From: the human T2T-CHM13v2.0 reference genome, Homo sapiens
Assembly: GCF_009914755.1 (NCBI RefSeq)
Contig: NC_060931.1
Length of the DNA stretch: 64,000 nt
Reading direction: 5' to 3' (one strand)
Shown here: positions 58,496-64,000 of the stretch, in pieces
Position numbering within the stretch: position 1 is the first letter of the stretch
Layout: every line of letters starts with the position of its first letter
Notes under the pieces: model-generated
Seen by the model: the letters and a program-made list of their open reading frames with translations, nothing else
What the model was told of the DNA's origin: nothing
Database searches by the model: none
Position numbers and translations under genes: made by a program

Positions 58496-58886
58496 CTATA
58501 TCAGGCTTTCTTGAATTTCTATGAAGAAATACCTAAGACTGGATAATTTATCAAGAAAAAATATTTAATTGGATCACAATTCAGGCTGTACAAGCACGGC
58601 ATTGACAACAGTCAGCTTTTGGGGAGGTCTCTGGAAGCTTTTACTCATGGAGGGACGTGAAGCACATTATATGGTGAAAGCAGGAATAAGAGTGAGAGGG
58701 AGGTACCACATGCTTTAAGCAGACAGACCTTACTGTCACAAGGACAGCACCAAGAGGATGCCACTAAACCATCCATGAGAAATCAACCCCCATGATCCAG
58801 TCATCTCTCACCAGGCCCCATCTCCAATACTGAGGATTACAATTCAACATGAGATTTGGGTGGGGACAAATATACAAACTGTATCA
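58496..58886 (-). mobile_element. MST-type solo LTR
   Basis: ...gaggattacaattcaacatgagatttgggtggggac...aaactgtatca; TSD actac/actgc. Confidence 0.88.
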
Positions 58887-60309
58887 ACTGCAAAATACCA
58901 AATTTAAGGGATGCAGTGAAAACAGCAGTAAGAGGGAAGCTAATAGCTGCAGATGCTTACATTTTTAAAAAGTAAACAACTTTAACCTCAAGAAATCAGA
59001 AAAATAAGAAAATGCAAAACAAAATTTAGCAAAAACAAAAAACAATAAAGAATAAAGAAGAGATAAACAGTATGCATAAACAATAAAAATTCAACAAAAC
59101 CAAGTATTGGTTTTTGGAAAAATAAAAAAATTGGCAAACACAAAGCTAGATTACTTAAAAAAAGAGACACAATTCAAATAATTTCAGAAATGAAAGAGGG
59201 AATATTACAACTGATGCCAAAGGGGTTAAAAAAAGATTATAAGATAATACTATGAGCAACTATATGCCAACAAATTGAGTGATGTATATAAAAAAGATAC
59301 ATTTCCAGAGGCATACAACCTTCCAAGAATGAATTATGAAGAAATTTTAAATATAAAAGATCTATAACTAATAAGGTGAGTGAATCAGTATTTTTTAAAA
59401 TGTAGCAAAATACTAATAAACAGAAGCAGTGAACCATTTGGCTTCACTGGAGAACTATACCTAAAATATGTAGAATTAAAACTAACAATCCTGTAATTCT
59501 TTTCAAAAGTTAAAGAGGTAGAAACACTTTCAAGCATTCTATGAGGCCAGTATTATTACCCTGATTTTAAAGCCAGGCAAATATACCACCACAAAAGAAA
59601 AATACAGGCCAATATCCCTAATGAACTTTGATGCAGCAGTCCACAACAAATAATTACCAAAATGAATTCAGTAGCATATTAAAAAATTATATATTATTAG
59701 CTATGAGATCAATTTCTGGTATGCAAAGATAGGACAACATATAAATATTAATGTGATATATACCACGTTAACAAAATACAAGATAAAAAATATGTGATTA
59801 TCTAAATTAATGCAAAAACCCATTTGATGCACTCCAGCACCCTTTCATAACAAAAACACTGAATAGCAATAAAATGAAACTACCTCCACTTAATAAAGGC
59901 TATATATGAGAAGCCAGTAACTAAGATCATGCATAATGGTGAATGACAGAAAGCTTTTCCTCTAATAGCAGGAAGAAGCCAATGGTGCGCCCTCTCATAA
60001 CTTTCATTCAACATAGTACTGGAAGTCTTAGACTAGGTAATTAGACAAGACAAGGACACGAAAGCCATCCAAATTGAAATAAAACAAAGAAGTAAAATTG
60101 TATCTGTCCAGAGATGACATGATCTTATATTTAGAAACTTTTAGATTCCACAAAATACAACTGCTAAAATCAATAAAAGGATTCAGTAAAGTTGCAGGAT
60201 ATAAAATTAACATAAAATATCTGTTGTGTTTTTATATAATAATAATAAACAAGAAATCAAAAAAGAAAATTAAGAAAACAATCTCATATACAATAATTTG
60301 ATTATGGTT

Positions 60310-60365
60310 TGATATGGTTTGGCTGTGTCCCCACCCAAATCTCATCTTGATTTGTGACTAATACA
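60310..60365 (+). mobile_element. Collapsed THE1-like LTR retaining only its two termini
   Basis: tgatatggtttggctgtgtccccacccaaatctcatcttga joined to gactaataca. Confidence 0.75.
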
Positions 60366-61707
60366 GCATTCAAAATAATACAATGCTTGGGAATAAACTG
60401 AATCAAAGAGACTAAAGACTTGCACAAGAAACTACAAAACAATGCTTAAAAAATTTAAAGACACAAATAAATGGAAAGACATCCCATATTCATGGTTTGG
60501 AAAATGTGATGTTGTTAGAATGTTCATACTAACACCCCAAAATCTAGATATTTAATACAATCTTTATCAAATCCAGATGACATTTTTGCTGAAATGGAAA
60601 AAATAATTCTACAATTCATATGAATTCTCAAGGGACTCAAATAATCAAAACAATCTTGAAAAGCAAGAACAAAGTTGATGATCTCATATTTCTCGATTTC
60701 AAAACATATCACAAATTTTCAGTAATCAAAACAGTGTACTATTGGCTTAAAACCAGACATTGAACAATTGAACAAAATAGTAAGACAAGAAATAAACACT
60801 TGCTTGTATGGACAATGAAACTAGAAGTATGTCATGACCACTCGATGTGGAGCAAATAGTCTCTTAAACAAATGGTGTTGGTGAACTGAAGTTCACATAC
60901 AAAAGAACAGAGTTTGATCCTTACCATGCACTATATACAAATATCTAAAAATTGATTAAAGATCTAAATGCAGGACCTAAAACTATACAAATCCTTGAAG
61001 ACAACATAGAAAAAAAAGCCTCATTGTACTAAATTTGGCAATGATTTCTTAAATATTATACAGAAAGCATAAGTAAGAGCAAAAATGTGCAAATGAGACT
61101 ACATAAGGATGTAATTGTTGTTAAAATGCCCATACTACCCCCACAAAAATCTAGAGATATAATACAGTCCCTAACAAATCCAAATGACATTTTTGCAGAA
61201 ATGGCAAAAAGTCCTACAATCCATATGAATTCTCAGGAGACTGAAATAATCAAAACAATCTTGAAAACAAGAACAAAGTTGATCTCGTATTTCTTGACTT
61301 CAAAACATGTTACGAAGCTACAGTAAATATACAGTAAGTTATAGTTTTTACTGTAGCTACTGTAAAAAGCTACAGTAAAAAGTTACAGTAAAAACTTAAA
61401 ATATTTTGTGCATCAAAGAAAACAATTAACAAAGTGAAAAGCCAACCTACAGAAAGGAAAATATTTGCAAATCACACATCTGATAAAAGATAAATACCCC
61501 AAATATATAAATATCTCCTACAATTCAGTGACAAAATATATAAAAACTCAAAAATAGGCAAGGAACTTGATTAGATATTTTTCCAGATAAGATATACAAA
61601 TTGCCAACTAGTATATGAAAAGATGCTTAACATTACTAATAATCAGAAAAATGTAAATTAACAGCACAATAAGATATTATCTCACACCCATTAGGATGAC
61701 CACTATC

Positions 61708-61774
61708 AAAAAAAGAGAGAAAGAAAGAAAGAAAGAAAGGAAGGAAGGAAGGAAGGAAGGAAGGAAGGAAGGAA

Positions 61775-61836
<62 letters not shown>

Positions 61837-61862
61837 GAAAGAAAGAAGGAAGGAAGGAAGGA

Positions 61863-61921
<59 letters not shown>

Positions 61922-61938
61922 GAAGAAAAGAAAGAAAA
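61708..61938. repeat. (GAAA)n/(GGAA)n compound microsatellite inside L1
   Basis: Directly visible. Confidence 0.97.
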
Positions 61939-62638
61939 TAACAAGTGTTATTGAGAATGTGGAGAAATGTGAACCCTTGTGGATTGTTGGTGGGAATGTA
62001 AAATGGTGTATCTGCTGTTGAAAACGGCATGGGAGTTCCTGAAAATTAAAAACAAACAAACAAACAAACAAAAACTACTATGTGATCCAGTAATCCCACT
62101 TCTGGGTATATAGTCAAGAGTTGAAAACAGAACCTCAAAATGATATACGCACTAATGCTACTTGCATCATTATTGACAATAGCCAAGATATGGAAGCAAC
62201 TTCTATGCCCTAGAATGAAAGAATGGGTAGACAAAATGTGGTGTATACACACAAAATACAATATTATTCACTCTTACAAAGAAGAGAATCCTGTTAAATA
62301 CTGCAGCATAGAGAAACCTCGAGAACATTTGATCAATTGGTCTAGTTGTGGAAGGTAAGATAATTAGTCAAATATAACAGTTATGGAGTACTACAAATGG
62401 GCATTGTATATAGTTACGTATGCTTCCTTCTAAATAATACTTCAAACAAAGAAATTAATATTAATACATACTTTCAAACCCCTATAAAGTTAACATTAAT
62501 TCCTAAAAAAATTAGAGATATTTAAAAATCTTCAGCTTCTTTATTATTTGGTAATATGTTCTTCAGCATTAAAAAAATCGCACATTAATGTCATTTAATG
62601 GTACCAGGTTTACATCAAGTCCAGACAAATATTTCTAG

Positions 62639-62929
<291 letters not shown>

Positions 62930-63377
62930 CTAGATATTAATTTTTAAGTTGTTTTTTCTTCCAACATCTGAAGTCATAGAAGGTATTCAAATTAAATAAG
63001 TTAAATAGTTAAATAAGATAAATGAATAAATAAGGTGTCTAGTAGTTATTTATTCAATTGAGATGTTTAATGAATTGGAGGCTATCAATAGTTTTTTTTC
63101 CCCCCGAAACATTATCTTCAATGTAGCATTAGTAAAAGTTTTGAAACAAGTAAGGAAATAATTCAGGAAACTCATGAAGGTAGTTCTCATACTCATTTAT
63201 TCACTCAATTTTGACTGTGCATTTGGGAAGAACTAGGAACCATTTTTGAGACTGAAGAGGTACTATTAAATAAGGCCCTAAATTTTATAAGCTGGTGCTG
63301 ACACCAGTGGAACAAACAGGTCTCATTATGCAACTATGTATTAACTTTTCAGAACATTTAAAAATATGATTTGTTAC

Positions 63378-63655
63378 TTTTTATTATTTATTTATTTATT
63401 TATTTTTGAGACAGTGTCACTCTGTCTCTCAGGCTGGAGTGCAGTGGCATCACTGCAATATCCACCTCCCAGGTTCTAGTGATTCTCCTGCCTTAGCCTT
63501 AGTAGCTGGGATTACAGGCATGTGCCACCAAGCCCAGCTAATTTTTGTATTTTTAATAGAGATGGGGTTTCACTATGTGGGCCAAGCTGGTCTTGAACTC
63601 CTGACGTCAAGTGATCAGCCCCCACCTCGGCCTCCCAAAGTGGTGGGATTACAGG
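63378..63655 (-). mobile_element. Alu, slightly 5'-truncated
   Basis: (TTTA)n tail; ends at gggattacagg. Confidence 0.93.
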
Positions 63656-64000
63656 AATTTTTATTTCTTTACAAAGACCTTTTACATGCTCTTTGGGTTT
63701 GCTCCTCCTCCTGGAAAATGAGTTAAGATTCACACAAAGCAGATAAAGCAGATAGCTTTATCCAAAGGAAAGCCCTGGTACTGTCTGTCACTCGTAATGT
63801 CCACAATTAAACTCAGGACATTTGATTCCAGTTCCATTTGGAAGTTAAACTAGTGCTGTGTTTCCTAAAGTAGGCTAGAAGGAAATGCTGACTCTTCTGG
63901 ACTGGTGGCAACAGTACTTAGAAAATGGCTTTTGGGATAAGTAAGTGAGGCTAGGTAAACCTCTTAACCAGGTGGTTTTACTTCTACCTGTCAGAGGTTT

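Larger units (their letters stand above)
52890..62330 (+). mobile_element. Long old L1 (L1MB/L1M-like), near full length, interrupted by MaLR elements and other inserts
   Basis: Colinear decayed ORF1 end (~53.7 kb), ORF2 EN (~55.07 kb), RT (LSRDDMILY ~60.1 kb) and 3' region (~62.3 kb). Confidence 0.8.

Overview
Repeat-dense, AT-rich primate (very likely human) genomic DNA with no intact recognisable protein-coding gene. Most of the window is transposable element: about 15 Alus, young and old L1s, MER52, MLT, MST, MER21 and other LTRs, and a full-length Tigger2. A small CpG-rich promoter at ~33.2-33.7 kb (CCAAT box, YY1 motif, splice donor) appears to drive a minus-strand spliced, probably non-coding transcript with candidate exons at ~25.0, 2.4, 1.6 and 0.8 kb. 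The main signal is a cluster of L1-driven DNA-mobilisation events. (1) At 8.73-9.87 kb an unspliced piece of the ATM gene (one 127-nt exon with both splice sites plus intron) was retrotransposed in trans; it has a twin-priming-type inversion, a poly(A) tail and a TSD. From memory a chromosome 7 ATM copy of this kind was reported by Ejima and Yang 2003, so it is probably not novel. (2) At 6.6-8.2 kb an L1PA carries a ~250-bp 3' transduction inside a perfect 16-bp TSD. (3) At 50.25-50.49 kb a short L1 carrying a transduced Tigger1-like end is nested in the 3' UTR of a full-length L1 that lacks most of ORF1. Repeat subfamily names and ATM identity come from recalled consensus sequences, not database searches.
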